Part shown: piece by piece, positions 1 through 9,377 of the stretch
How the letters are laid out: each line of letters starts with the position of its first letter
Numbering within the stretch: position 1 is the stretch's first letter
Made by a program: the position numbers and the translations under genes
The notes under the pieces: model-generated
Database searches by the model: none
Seen by the model: only the letters and a program-made list of their open reading frames with translations
What the model was told of the DNA's origin: nothing
Virus record (IMG/VR): IMGVR_UViG_3300023184_009074
Span: 19,445 to 83,444 of that record
DNA length: 64,000 bases
From: a virus
Direction: 5' to 3' (one strand)

Positions 1-555
1 TATCTTTACTACTTCTGTGAAAAACATAATTTTTGGATGTTTGTTTCTTAATACTTGTGAAGTTTTAATTACAAGTTTTAAGAAATCTTCATTTGAATAT
101 CCTTCTTTGCAGTACTTAATATTTTTTTCATCTAGCTTTATAAGTTGATCGTAAATATATTGTGCTATTTTTTCTTCATCATTTACACCAGTTAAATGTT
201 TAAAATCATTTACCAATGGATAGCATTTAATTAAAATTGGTGCTGGATGACCTTTTAAATCTTTTATATCTCTTCTCAATAATATTTTAAAAGATCCAAG
301 TGGAGACACAGATATTATGAATTTACCATAGCTATCTCCAAATTCTAAAACACTTGATTTTGATCTATATGCTTTTTTATTATTTAATGGACCTAATCTT
401 TGTAAATTGTCTAAAAGAAGATTAGAGTCTAAGTGTTGAATTGGATTTTGATCGTAAACTTCATCTTCTTTTGAAGATTTTTTATTAATTTCTCCAAAAC
501 CATATAAATCTTCTGGAGTTTTATTAAACCATGTTTTAAATTCAAGAAGCATCAT
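1..555 (-). CDS. partial hypothetical protein with CTS-like N-terminus (runs off window start)
   Basis: Not in ORF track. ATG at 555, open to position 1: MMLLEFKTWFNKTPEDLYGFGEINK... Confidence 0.8.
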   Translation of the reverse strand, partial: MMLLEFKTWFNKTPEDLYGFGEINKKSSKEDEVYDQNPIQHLDSNLLLDNLQRLGPLNNKKAYRSKSSVLEFGDSYGKFIISVSPLGSFKILLRRDIKDLKGHPAPILIKCYPLVNDFKHLTGVNDEEKIAQYIYDQLIKLDEKNIKYCKEGYSNEDFLKLVIKTSQVLRNKHPKIMFFTEVVKI

Positions 556-569
556 AATATATATATGAT

Positions 570-890
570 ATGAAACATTTAAATTTTTATAATTGGTTGT
601 TAAATGAAGAACAATCTTCTTATGTTCAAAAAATAAAACAATTGAAAAATGCTTTGGGGCTTTCTGTGCAAGTAGACGACACAGATGGAATAAAAGCTGC
701 TGGAAATATACCATTAAGCGATATAGAGAAAGATAACATTAAGAATTTTAAAACAAATTATATGTATACGGATGTTGGAGTGGAAGATAATAGAAAAGAA
801 AATCAAACTGCTATAGACGAATTATTAAGTTCCCCAAATAAAAATGTTAGTGATCTTGCAAATCTTATGGTTGGTTTAGAAAGCAAATAA
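570..890 (+). CDS. hypothetical protein, CTS-like N-terminus
   Basis: 106 aa, starts MKHLNFYNWLLNEE; followed by a terminator hairpin. Confidence 0.75.
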   Translation: MKHLNFYNWLLNEEQSSYVQKIKQLKNALGLSVQVDDTDGIKAAGNIPLSDIEKDNIKNFKTNYMYTDVGVEDNRKENQTAIDELLSSPNKNVSDLANLMVGLESK

Positions 891-900
891 CCTATAAATA

Positions 901-931
901 AAAAAGCAGCCCTTTTATAGGACTGCTTTTT
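901..931. terminator. bidirectional intrinsic terminator
   Basis: aaaaagcag-cccttttatagga-ctgcttttt inverted repeat with A/T tails between convergent genes. Confidence 0.75.
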
Positions 932-956
932 AAATATAAGTATAATATTTATAGTA

Positions 957-1535
957 TTACATTTGTGGTCTGTCTGCTGGATTTAATTCATTTTCTCCTC
1001 TTTGGTTATCCATATTAGATATATGTTTTTTTAAAACCATCTCAATTTTTTCTAGTGGATCTTGAATAAATCGTTTAAGAGCACCTAAATACTCTTTATC
1101 ATCAAATCTTCCTATTGATCTATTTCTGGCCATAGGATCAGTTGAATAACTTCTTCCTTTATTTAATTCTGAAAGTATGTCATCTACAGCCCGAATCATC
1201 ATTGCTTGGTCTGATGGAGAATTTTTATCAAAGTGTTGTGCGAATGCATTACTAAATCGGTGTAATGGTTCTATAATATTTCTATCAACGGCTTGAAAGT
1301 TTTCGTCATTAGGCAACAGGGCTAAATATCTTAGTTGTGGAATGCTATCTTTTTTGTCATTGCCTAATACATGCTCTATGTGATTTATTAAAGTAACAAT
1401 ACCTGCTTTGAATCTACTAGAATTTTCTTGATCCATTTGAGCAATATGGGTAGCAGTGTTAAGCCTAGCCATTTCAGAGAATTCTTTATAAAATGATTTA
1501 TCACGATTTTTAATAAACTGATTAAAACTTTTCAT
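957..1535 (-). CDS. hypothetical protein, CTS-like N-terminus
   Basis: 192 aa, MKSFNQFIKN; AAAAGGAA SD-like sequence upstream. Confidence 0.75.
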   Translation of the reverse strand: MKSFNQFIKNRDKSFYKEFSEMARLNTATHIAQMDQENSSRFKAGIVTLINHIEHVLGNDKKDSIPQLRYLALLPNDENFQAVDRNIIEPLHRFSNAFAQHFDKNSPSDQAMMIRAVDDILSELNKGRSYSTDPMARNRSIGRFDDKEYLGALKRFIQDPLEKIEMVLKKHISNMDNQRGENELNPADRPQM

Positions 1536-1603
1536 TTTTTTCCTTTTTAATATAAAACAATTTAATTTATATATAATTAATTAATAATAAATTTAAATAA
1601 ATT

Positions 1604-3844
1604 TTAAAATTTTAAATCATCTATAGAATCAAGTATTTTAATTTTATGCCCTTGTTTTTCTAATATACTTATTCTTTTTTCTGAATGTTTTTCTAAATAT
1701 TCATTATTTTCAAATAAGAAGTCATAATAATTTAAACCATTTTTATCTTTAGCTATTCTTAAACCTCTACCCATGCGTTGAATAATTAAATGGTCGGCTG
1801 AACCACCACAAGAATTTATTATGTTGTGTACGAAAACATTAATGCCTGTATTAAATATTTGTTGAGTAGCAATTGCCATTACATTACCTTGTGCTTTTTG
1901 AAGTTGATCTATAACTTCTTGTCTTACTTCGTCATTGTCTTCACCTTTAACCCAAAAAGCATTAGGCAATCTATATTTTAAAATATCACCATGCTGTATT
2001 CGATCAACAAGAATCAATGTTCTTCCTGTACATTTATTAGCAAGGTTCTCAACTATATCGTGAAAATAGTGATTTTCTACAATGCCATGTTGTACTGCAT
2101 CTTGATAAATTACATGTTCTAATTTTTCTCCTTTTATTTTAATAAAGAAGCAAGAGCTTTTAGATAGTCTTCCACGATCTTGAAGTTCTTTAGTAGTTAA
2201 TAAACCACTTTCTGTAGCAGTTGTTTTAAGGATTGGCCCAAAAAAACCTTTTACATAATACTTTTGTACTTTATCTGTTTCTCCATATTTAAATGGTGTC
2301 GCAGAAAGTCCTATTCGGATACCACAATTAATCATTTTCTTATAAACAGCTTTAGGAGTTTTGCTCATCATATCGTGAATTTCGTCAACAATAAGAACTT
2401 TAAACTTTGGTAATAACTTAGTTATTTTGCTACAAGATTGAACAGTAGCAACGGTAATTAGATTTGGTTCATTGTAGGTGTGATAAAGTCTTCCTACATT
2501 TTTAAAACCCCATTTTATTAATTCATTGTAGTTTTGAATAGCAAGTGATTTGCGATTTTGAACAACTAAAATAGGAGTATTAGGAGGAAGGCATTTTATA
2601 ATGCTTGTTAATATAAAAGTATTGTGAGTTACAACAAAATTATTTGTCAGGTATAATTGATCTGGATGATCAACACTAATACAAGCACAATCTTTTTCTT
2701 CTGTATATTCGATTTTATCAATATATCTTATTGGTTTAAAACAAGATAAATTTTTATAAGTTTTAATTTTCTCTATATCTGAAAATGGCATTATTTCTTT
2801 TGGTAGTATAATTCCTGTAAGAAAAATCATTCTATTTTTTCTTATTTTTAACTTTGTGTAAGTTATTCCACCTAGAGATTGTACTAGTTGTTTAATTTGG
2901 TCGTTTAATATTTTTGAATAAGAAACATAATAAATTGATCTTTTACCGAATAAAGATCTTCCATCTAATAATCCACATAACAATTTAATTCTATTATCAT
3001 AAGAGTTAAATAAATATTCATCTGGTATTATTGTTTCTTTGGCTAATTTATTTTTTTCGTAATTAATTACATTACTTATTATCAATCCAAAGAAATAAGG
3101 TTCTGTTTTTGTTTGTTTTTCTAAAAAATCAACTCTTTTTGGAGTTGGAACAAATACTTTATTTTTTTCATGCATTAAGTCTTTTGCTTCAACAATTTTT
3201 GTTTCTTTATTTATCTTTACCTTCCAGAGATGATTTTCGCAGCATTCAACAACATCGCCATTATTGAATGTTATTTGAACTATTTTCTTTTTTCCTTGTG
3301 GGAATATTCCTCGTAATTCTGCATATCCACCATTTGGAACACATACTTTATCTTTTAATTTTAAATCTTTTAATTTAACAAAACCATTTTGGGTAGCAAT
3401 CAAGGAATTATAAGGTTGTGCTTTACCAGAACTTGTAGGAGCAAATACAATTCCTCTTTGATGTTTAACAGCTTGGTTGGTAAAATCTACTTGATAATCT
3501 TCTAGTTTTATTTTATCAATTCCTTCTGGGAGCCATTGATTTAAGAAATTTTCATCAATTTCTTTAATTATAAAGTCAAACTTATCTCTAAGGTCATCAA
3601 TTTCATAATCTATATTTTTTAATTTTAATGCCATTAATATCTCTGGTAACAGCCCTGTCAGAAATTTACCAGAATCTTTATTAAAGAACGATGTGTATCC
3701 GTCCCAAATTTTTTGTTTGTAAAGTCTGTTGTGAAAATAGTTCCTTTCTCTGAACTTTAAACAGTTGCAAAGCATATCCTTGGTAGTTACATCAGATGTA
3801 ATTACTTGACTTATATCATTTTTAACCATTATTTTAACTGACAT
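1604..3844 (-). CDS. uvsW: SF2 DNA helicase (UvsW-like), intein-containing
   Basis: WDG motif, YQ motif, Walker A APTSSGK/T split by an intein, DEIH box, SAT motif III, QRMGRGLR motif VI. Confidence 0.85.
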   Translation of the reverse strand: MSVKIMVKNDISQVITSDVTTKDMLCNCLKFRERNYFHNRLYKQKIWDGYTSFFNKDSGKFLTGLLPEILMALKLKNIDYEIDDLRDKFDFIIKEIDENFLNQWLPEGIDKIKLEDYQVDFTNQAVKHQRGIVFAPTSSGKAQPYNSLIATQNGFVKLKDLKLKDKVCVPNGGYAELRGIFPQGKKKIVQITFNNGDVVECCENHLWKVKINKETKIVEAKDLMHEKNKVFVPTPKRVDFLEKQTKTEPYFFGLIISNVINYEKNKLAKETIIPDEYLFNSYDNRIKLLCGLLDGRSLFGKRSIYYVSYSKILNDQIKQLVQSLGGITYTKLKIRKNRMIFLTGIILPKEIMPFSDIEKIKTYKNLSCFKPIRYIDKIEYTEEKDCACISVDHPDQLYLTNNFVVTHNTFILTSIIKCLPPNTPILVVQNRKSLAIQNYNELIKWGFKNVGRLYHTYNEPNLITVATVQSCSKITKLLPKFKVLIVDEIHDMMSKTPKAVYKKMINCGIRIGLSATPFKYGETDKVQKYYVKGFFGPILKTTATESGLLTTKELQDRGRLSKSSCFFIKIKGEKLEHVIYQDAVQHGIVENHYFHDIVENLANKCTGRTLILVDRIQHGDILKYRLPNAFWVKGEDNDEVRQEVIDQLQKAQGNVMAIATQQIFNTGINVFVHNIINSCGGSADHLIIQRMGRGLRIAKDKNGLNYYDFLFENNEYLEKHSEKRISILEKQGHKIKILDSIDDLKF
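2621..3421 (-). mobile_element. intein (267 aa, Ala-start, class 3-type) with degenerate LAGLIDADG domain
   Basis: GK|AQPYNSLIATQNGF...ENHLWKV...DCACISV...YLTNNFVVTHN|T; removing it restores Walker A GKT. Confidence 0.9.
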
Positions 3845-3868
3845 AATTTTTCCTTAAGATAAGGTTTT

Positions 3869-3897
3869 ATTATAAAAAAGTAAATTTAGAAAAGCAA
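3869..3897 (-). promoter_or_regulatory. sigma70-like promoter upstream of the helicase
   Basis: TTGCTT-17 nt-TATAAT on the minus strand, then AAGGA SD before the ATG. Confidence 0.55.
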
Positions 3898-3924
3898 ATT
3901 ATTTATTCAATTAATAAATATAGT

Positions 3925-4377
3925 ATGAAGAAATATAATGAATGGTTAAAAGAAGAAGCCGAATTAGTGTTAACTACACCAATTCCAGTTGCACCAACTG
4001 CTGTTTCACAGACTGTTGCTCAAAAGGCAGTTTACCAAGCAGATAAAACAAAATTAAAGAATAAAGCTTGGAAAGCAAGTAAAGATGAAATATTAACATT
4101 TTGGAGAAGTGTTGCTGGTAATTCACCAATTCAATTAAAACCTATTCCTTACAATCACAAAGGAACTACAATTCAAGAAGATGGCATAAGAATTACTGGT
4201 ACTAAAGAATTTATCGCAAGTATTCTTTCTAGAATGAAGGAATTGATTAATTTTGAAAATGATAATAATAAATTAATAATTTCTTACAGGCAATCACCTA
4301 AAAGCTTAATACCTGGAAATAAAGAAAGTTATATGTTTTATTTGCAAATAAAAGAAAGAGGTCAAAAATCTAAGTAA
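3925..4377 (+). CDS. hypothetical protein, CTS-like N-terminus
   Basis: 150 aa, MKKYNEWLKEE; preceded by TAATAAATA-tagt-ATG. Confidence 0.8.
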   Translation: MKKYNEWLKEEAELVLTTPIPVAPTAVSQTVAQKAVYQADKTKLKNKAWKASKDEILTFWRSVAGNSPIQLKPIPYNHKGTTIQEDGIRITGTKEFIASILSRMKELINFENDNNKLIISYRQSPKSLIPGNKESYMFYLQIKERGQKSK

Positions 4378-4566
4378 TTAAACATTAATAAGTTTTTGCA
4401 TGTCTTCGTAAGCTTTAATAATTTTTTCTTCTTTGTTGTTGTTGTTTGAATGTATTATTTCTTGGATTTTTTCTTGCATTTGATTATGTTGTTTTTCAAC
4501 TTCTTCAGTGTTTTTAAAAATTTTCTTTGCTTTGTTAACAATTAAATTCAAATTTTCTTGCAACAT
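4378..4566 (-). CDS. small hypothetical protein
   Basis: 62 aa ORF with AAAAGGA SD upstream. Confidence 0.55.
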   Translation of the reverse strand: MLQENLNLIVNKAKKIFKNTEEVEKQHNQMQEKIQEIIHSNNNNKEEKIIKAYEDMQKLINV

Positions 4567-4687
4567 AAAGAATTATCCTTTTGTTTTAACAAATAATAAT
4601 TTATTTACTTTTTTAAAAATAAAATTTAATAATTTTTTGTTTATATTCCTACCAAAAAAAATTAATAATAATTAACTACATATTATT

Positions 4688-5059
4688 ATGGAAATGAATT
4701 TCAAAAAATGGTTAAATGAAGTGGTTGCTCCATTATCTGCTTCTGGGATTAAAACTACAGCAACGACAGGAACAGTTCAAACTAATGCTATAACGCCTAA
4801 TTCATCTGGACAAAAAGGTATTGAAGATAAAAATTTATCAAAAAATATTACAGATTTAGCTGGCATTATGCAAAGAGATCTTCAAAAAACAGGTCAAAGC
4901 ATTAATGACATGACTAAAAAGGCTGTCAACAAAGATTTAAGTGGTATTGTTGGAATGTTTAGAGCATATGATGCAAAAAACAAAAATAAACTTCCTAAAG
5001 ATGATAAAGTTTTGGCTGCTGCAATTACAGGTTTAACTGGACAAGGAGAAACGAAATGA
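4688..5059 (+). CDS. hypothetical protein, CTS-like N-terminus
   Basis: 123 aa, MEMNFKKWLNE. Confidence 0.75.
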   Translation: MEMNFKKWLNEVVAPLSASGIKTTATTGTVQTNAITPNSSGQKGIEDKNLSKNITDLAGIMQRDLQKTGQSINDMTKKAVNKDLSGIVGMFRAYDAKNKNKLPKDDKVLAAAITGLTGQGETK

Positions 5060-5406
5060 TTAATTTTCTAGAATATGTCAATATTCTTGCAGAAGCAGAC
5101 GCACCAGCGTTAGGAGCACCACCTGCTGGCGGTGCAATGCCTCCTCCTCCTGCTGGCGGTGGTGCTGGCGGTGCTGGCGGTGCTGGCGGTGCTGGCGGTG
5201 GTGCTGGTGATATGGGTGCACTTTCTGCTCCTTCTTCTGCACCTTCTCCTGTTCCTGCTGCAAGTGGTGGTGGTGGTGCTCCTCCTATGGATGCTATGGG
5301 TGGTGCAGCACCAGCTGGTGATGTCAGTGCTTTAAAAACTCCAAACATAAACCTAGAAGATGCTTATGATCATTTAGAAGATTTCTTTAATAAAAATAAA
5401 AAATAG
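5056..5406 (+). CDS. Gly/Ala/Pro-rich low-complexity protein, CTS-like N-terminus
   Basis: MINFLEYVNILAE, AAGGAG SD, ATGA overlap with the upstream gene. Confidence 0.75.
   Translation: MINFLEYVNILAEADAPALGAPPAGGAMPPPPAGGGAGGAGGAGGAGGGAGDMGALSAPSSAPSPVPAASGGGGAPPMDAMGGAAPAGDVSALKTPNINLEDAYDHLEDFFNKNKK
5161..5196 (+). repeat. 9-nt tandem repeat ggtgctggc x4 (GAG)
   Basis: Read directly; in frame in 5056..5406. Confidence 0.9.
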
Positions 5407-5469
5407 TTTAGATTGACAAAATTAGAAAATATCATTATTTTAAGGCTTTAGTCTTTCAAGAAAGATTCC

Positions 5470-6567
5470 ATGGCCAGAATACTGCTTTTCTCAGACATTC
5501 ACATTCACAATCATAAAAAATCTTATGACAGGTTAAATGATTGTTTAAAAGCCTTGCAATGGGTTTTTGATACAGCCAAGAAAGAGAATATTAAAAGTAT
5601 AATATTTGGCGGTGACATTTTACATGAAAGACAAAAAATAGATATATTTGTTTACAATCAAATTTATAATATTTTAAGCGTAAATTTAAAAGGTTCTGGA
5701 ATTAATTTTTATTGTTTATTGGGAAATCATGATTTATGGTTTAATGAAAACACAAGCATAAGTGGGGTTTATCCTTTTCAATCTATAGAAGGGTTTAAAG
5801 TTGTTTCAAACCCAGAAACAATTTTTGTTGAGAATTCCACATGGGATTTCTTGCCGTTTACACATGATCCATTAGACTCTATGAAAAATTTTGCTAATGA
5901 TAAATTAAATGAAAAATACTTAATTGGCCACATTTCAATAGATGGAGCAGTATTAAACTCTTCTGGTAATATATCAGATGTAATTATTGAACATGATGGA
6001 GAAATGGTAAAAGTATCAAAGGATATATTTCTTCATTATAAACATTCTTTTTTTGGTCATTATCATCAAGGACAATCTTTAGCAGAGAATGTTGAATATA
6101 TTGGATCTCCGCTTGAATTATCTTTTGGAGAAGCTGGAGAACAAAAACACATTATAATTCTTGATACTGATAAAAATGAAAAAAAATATGTAATTAATGA
6201 TTTTAGTCCGAAGCACATTTATATTTACGAAAATGAACTTGAAAAAATTAAAACAGATAAGTTAAAAAATAATTTTATATGCCTTCTAAGCACTGATGTC
6301 TCATCATTTAAAACCAAAGAATTTTCAGATTTTATAAAAGAAAATTGTGATATTTTATCTTTTCAAATAAAAAGCGTTTCACTTAAAGATGAATCAGTCA
6401 GCTTAGATAAAACCATAATAGAAGATGCAAAGTCTTTGATGTTAAATGATGAAAAATTAATTTCTATGTATGTTGAAAAACAAGATGTTAAATCTTTAGA
6501 TAAAACTATTTTAGCAGAAATAGGAAATAAAATAATTAAACTAATGAGCGAAAAAGTAAATGATTAA
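5470..6567 (+). CDS. Mre11/SbcD-like recombination nuclease (T4 gp47-like)
   Basis: SDIH, GGD, GNHD, GHYH, YIGSP metallophosphoesterase motifs; near the Rad50-like gene. Confidence 0.9.
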   Translation: MARILLFSDIHIHNHKKSYDRLNDCLKALQWVFDTAKKENIKSIIFGGDILHERQKIDIFVYNQIYNILSVNLKGSGINFYCLLGNHDLWFNENTSISGVYPFQSIEGFKVVSNPETIFVENSTWDFLPFTHDPLDSMKNFANDKLNEKYLIGHISIDGAVLNSSGNISDVIIEHDGEMVKVSKDIFLHYKHSFFGHYHQGQSLAENVEYIGSPLELSFGEAGEQKHIIILDTDKNEKKYVINDFSPKHIYIYENELEKIKTDKLKNNFICLLSTDVSSFKTKEFSDFIKENCDILSFQIKSVSLKDESVSLDKTIIEDAKSLMLNDEKLISMYVEKQDVKSLDKTILAEIGNKIIKLMSEKVND

Positions 6568-7279
6568 AAAAATAATAATTCCTTTAAATTATGATACTTA
6601 TAATTCCAACATAACATTTAATCTTATAGCATATTATAAATATGTTTTAAAATATTCTGGTGATTTAATTATTAGTATTAAAAAGCATATTGATGAAATG
6701 AATCTTTCAAGGTTGCCAATTAAAGATTGTTGTTTTCATGATTATTCTTTTTTAGAAAGCTGTTGTCAATATTTTAGTAATTGTGCTGGAGATGATGATG
6801 ATTACTATGCTTCAGTTCAAAACAATGTAATAATACAGAAATTTGAAATTATTGATGATAATTATGATGCATTTATAAAATACAATACTAATATTTTAGG
6901 CGTTAAATCTTATAACAAAATTAACACAAGAGTAATTGTAGCCAAAAAGAAAACATGGAAAGAAATAAATTCTTTTTATGATATATTAAAAAATAATTTT
7001 TCAATTTATAAGAAAATAGAAGAAAATTTATTTTTTGAAAGAATAGTAAATGGATTAGATATAAAAATAAAAAGCATTAATAAGTTGCAATTTATGGATT
7101 ATAAAATTGAATTTGATTATTTGAATGGCGAATTTTTATTCAGATATCAAAAGCCAAATTTTATAAATTTTAAAGATGGAATTGGAAAAGAAAAAGAACT
7201 AAGTAATATTTTATTTGAAGAAAACAAAGATTTAGTTTATAGTTGGCGAGAAGACTGTGGCGAACTTAAGATAATTTGA
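6560..7279 (+). CDS. hypothetical protein between the gp47- and gp46-like genes
   Basis: 239 aa ORF overlapping the upstream stop; no motif recognised. Confidence 0.65.
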   Translation: MIKKIIIPLNYDTYNSNITFNLIAYYKYVLKYSGDLIISIKKHIDEMNLSRLPIKDCCFHDYSFLESCCQYFSNCAGDDDDYYASVQNNVIIQKFEIIDDNYDAFIKYNTNILGVKSYNKINTRVIVAKKKTWKEINSFYDILKNNFSIYKKIEENLFFERIVNGLDIKIKSINKLQFMDYKIEFDYLNGEFLFRYQKPNFINFKDGIGKEKELSNILFEENKDLVYSWREDCGELKII

Positions 7280-7288
7280 AAAATAAAA

Positions 7289-9289
7289 ATGAAACAATTG
7301 AATTTTAAAAAAATAAAAGCACAAAATTTTTTCTGTTTTGGAAATAAAGGAATTGAAATTGATTTTGAGCAATACAATAATATTATTCTTATAAATGGAA
7401 TTAACAAAGATGTAGTGGATCAAAATGGAAAATTTTCTTCAAATGGTTCTGGCAAATCAACTATTCCTCAGATATTAACTTATTGCTTTTATGGCAAGCC
7501 AATTAAATCTCCTAAGAAAATAAGTCACAAAGATATTATTAATAACAAAAACGCTAAGAAGCTTAGCGTAGAAGTGACATTTGATAATTATAAAATAATA
7601 AGGACAAGAAAGCCTGATTCTTTAAGAGTATGGAAGAGCGATGATGGTGTTTGGGATGATTCTACAGAGATAACATTGGGAGGAATGCCTTCTACTCAAG
7701 AATTAATTAATAATATTGTTGGTCTTTCTTATGAATCTTTTTTAAATGTTTGTATTTTCACAGACGATAATAATTCTTGTTTCTTAGAACTTGAAGCTAT
7801 TGAAAAGAGAAAGATTGTAGAAAACTTACTTAATCTTGAGAAGTATAGACTTTATTTGGAAGTAACAAAAGAATTAATTAAAGAAAATAAAGATAAAATA
7901 AAAGCTTCATCTTTAGAAATTTCTTATATTGATAATAATAAAAAAACGATTGAATCTAATGTTTCTATTATAAAAAGAAACATAGAATCATATAAAACAA
8001 ATTTAATAAATGAAATAAATTTTATTGATAAGAAAATACAAGACTTAAAAAATCAAATAGTAAATTCTTCTTATGATGAAGATTTTAAAAAATATGAAGA
8101 TGCACAAGAAAATATTAAAAAAATAGATTCTGCTTTAGAATCTTTGGAAACTAAAAAAACTGAAGTTTCTTTGAAAATACAAGATTTATATGAATCTTAT
8201 AAAAAAGCAATTTCTAATAAATCAGATCACGATTTGATTTTAACACAGGAGAAAAACAATGTTTCTGTAATTTTGAAACTAATTGATGAATTGAATAAGA
8301 GAATTTCAAAATTTCAAAACATTGAACCAAACATTACTTGCGATAAATGTTATGGAACTATTAACCCAGAAAACTATCAAGAGTTTTTCGACAAAGCAAT
8401 TATTGATAAAAATATTCAAGAAAAAGAAATTGAAAAAGCAAAAGAAAAATTAAACGAGGAATTAATAAAACAAAAAGACTTGTCTGAAAAAATAAGTTCC
8501 TTAAATGAAAACATTAATAAGATAAAAGCATTTTATGATAAGATTTCTGCCGAAGAAACAAAACTTAAAAATGGAAGAAGTGTTTATTTTTCTGTGAAAA
8601 AGCCAGAACAAACCAATCAAGAAATCATTATTAAAAGCAAGGTTGAATCTTTGCAAGAAGAAAAAGCAGATAAAAACAAGCAACTTATAGAGAAGAATCC
8701 ACATGAAGAATTACTTGATCAAAATAATAAAAGCTTAGAAGAAATTAAAGAAAAATATGATGGCATTAAAAAACAAATAGCAGATACAGAAGCACTTTAT
8801 TCTTATTATGATTTTTGGGCTGATGCATTTGGTGATGATGGAATTAGAAAATTTGTTATAAATGAAATTGTACCAGCATTAAATTCAAAACTTGATTATT
8901 GGCTTCAAATATTAATTGATAATAAAATTAAAGTATCATTTGATGATTCTTTGAATGAAACTATAACTAAATATCCTGACAACGACAAAGAATTAATTTA
9001 TGCTGTCTTAAGCAATGGACAAAAAAGAAGAATAAACTTGGCTGTAACACAAGCATTTGCACATGTCATGATGCTTAGTCATGGTATTTGTCCAAATATA
9101 ATATTCCTAGATGAAATTTCTACAAACATAGATTCGATTGGCATACATGCAATTTATAATATGATTTGTGAATTATCAAAAAATAAAAAAGTTTTTATTA
9201 CCACTCATGACCAAGATCTTATTTCTATGCTAAGTGGTTGCCAGGAAATAACTTTGGAATTAAAAAATGGTGAAAGTTCCTTAAAATAG
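7289..9289 (+). CDS. Rad50/SbcC-like ATPase (T4 gp46-like)
   Basis: Walker A NGSGKS, coiled coils, CDKC zinc hook, LSNGQ signature, FLDE Walker B, ITTH. Confidence 0.92.
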   Translation: MKQLNFKKIKAQNFFCFGNKGIEIDFEQYNNIILINGINKDVVDQNGKFSSNGSGKSTIPQILTYCFYGKPIKSPKKISHKDIINNKNAKKLSVEVTFDNYKIIRTRKPDSLRVWKSDDGVWDDSTEITLGGMPSTQELINNIVGLSYESFLNVCIFTDDNNSCFLELEAIEKRKIVENLLNLEKYRLYLEVTKELIKENKDKIKASSLEISYIDNNKKTIESNVSIIKRNIESYKTNLINEINFIDKKIQDLKNQIVNSSYDEDFKKYEDAQENIKKIDSALESLETKKTEVSLKIQDLYESYKKAISNKSDHDLILTQEKNNVSVILKLIDELNKRISKFQNIEPNITCDKCYGTINPENYQEFFDKAIIDKNIQEKEIEKAKEKLNEELIKQKDLSEKISSLNENINKIKAFYDKISAEETKLKNGRSVYFSVKKPEQTNQEIIIKSKVESLQEEKADKNKQLIEKNPHEELLDQNNKSLEEIKEKYDGIKKQIADTEALYSYYDFWADAFGDDGIRKFVINEIVPALNSKLDYWLQILIDNKIKVSFDDSLNETITKYPDNDKELIYAVLSNGQKRRINLAVTQAFAHVMMLSHGICPNIIFLDEISTNIDSIGIHAIYNMICELSKNKKVFITTHDQDLISMLSGCQEITLELKNGESSLK

Positions 9290-9377
9290 ATTTGATTTTT
9301 TATAAAAGTAAATTTAAAATAGAATTCAGAAGCATAAATAAAATCCACAAATTAAAAAGTTGAATTGAAAGGTTAAA

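Noticed and set aside
893-900. Exact TATAAATA on the plus strand
   Set aside because: Leads straight into a terminator hairpin with no plus-strand gene downstream; likely chance in AT-rich DNA.
5025-5348. Alternative ORFs 5025..5348(-), 5078..5263(-) and 5132..5335(+)
   Set aside because: Shadow frames of the GC-rich Gly/Ala repeat; 5056..5406 has the SD, coupling and tag.
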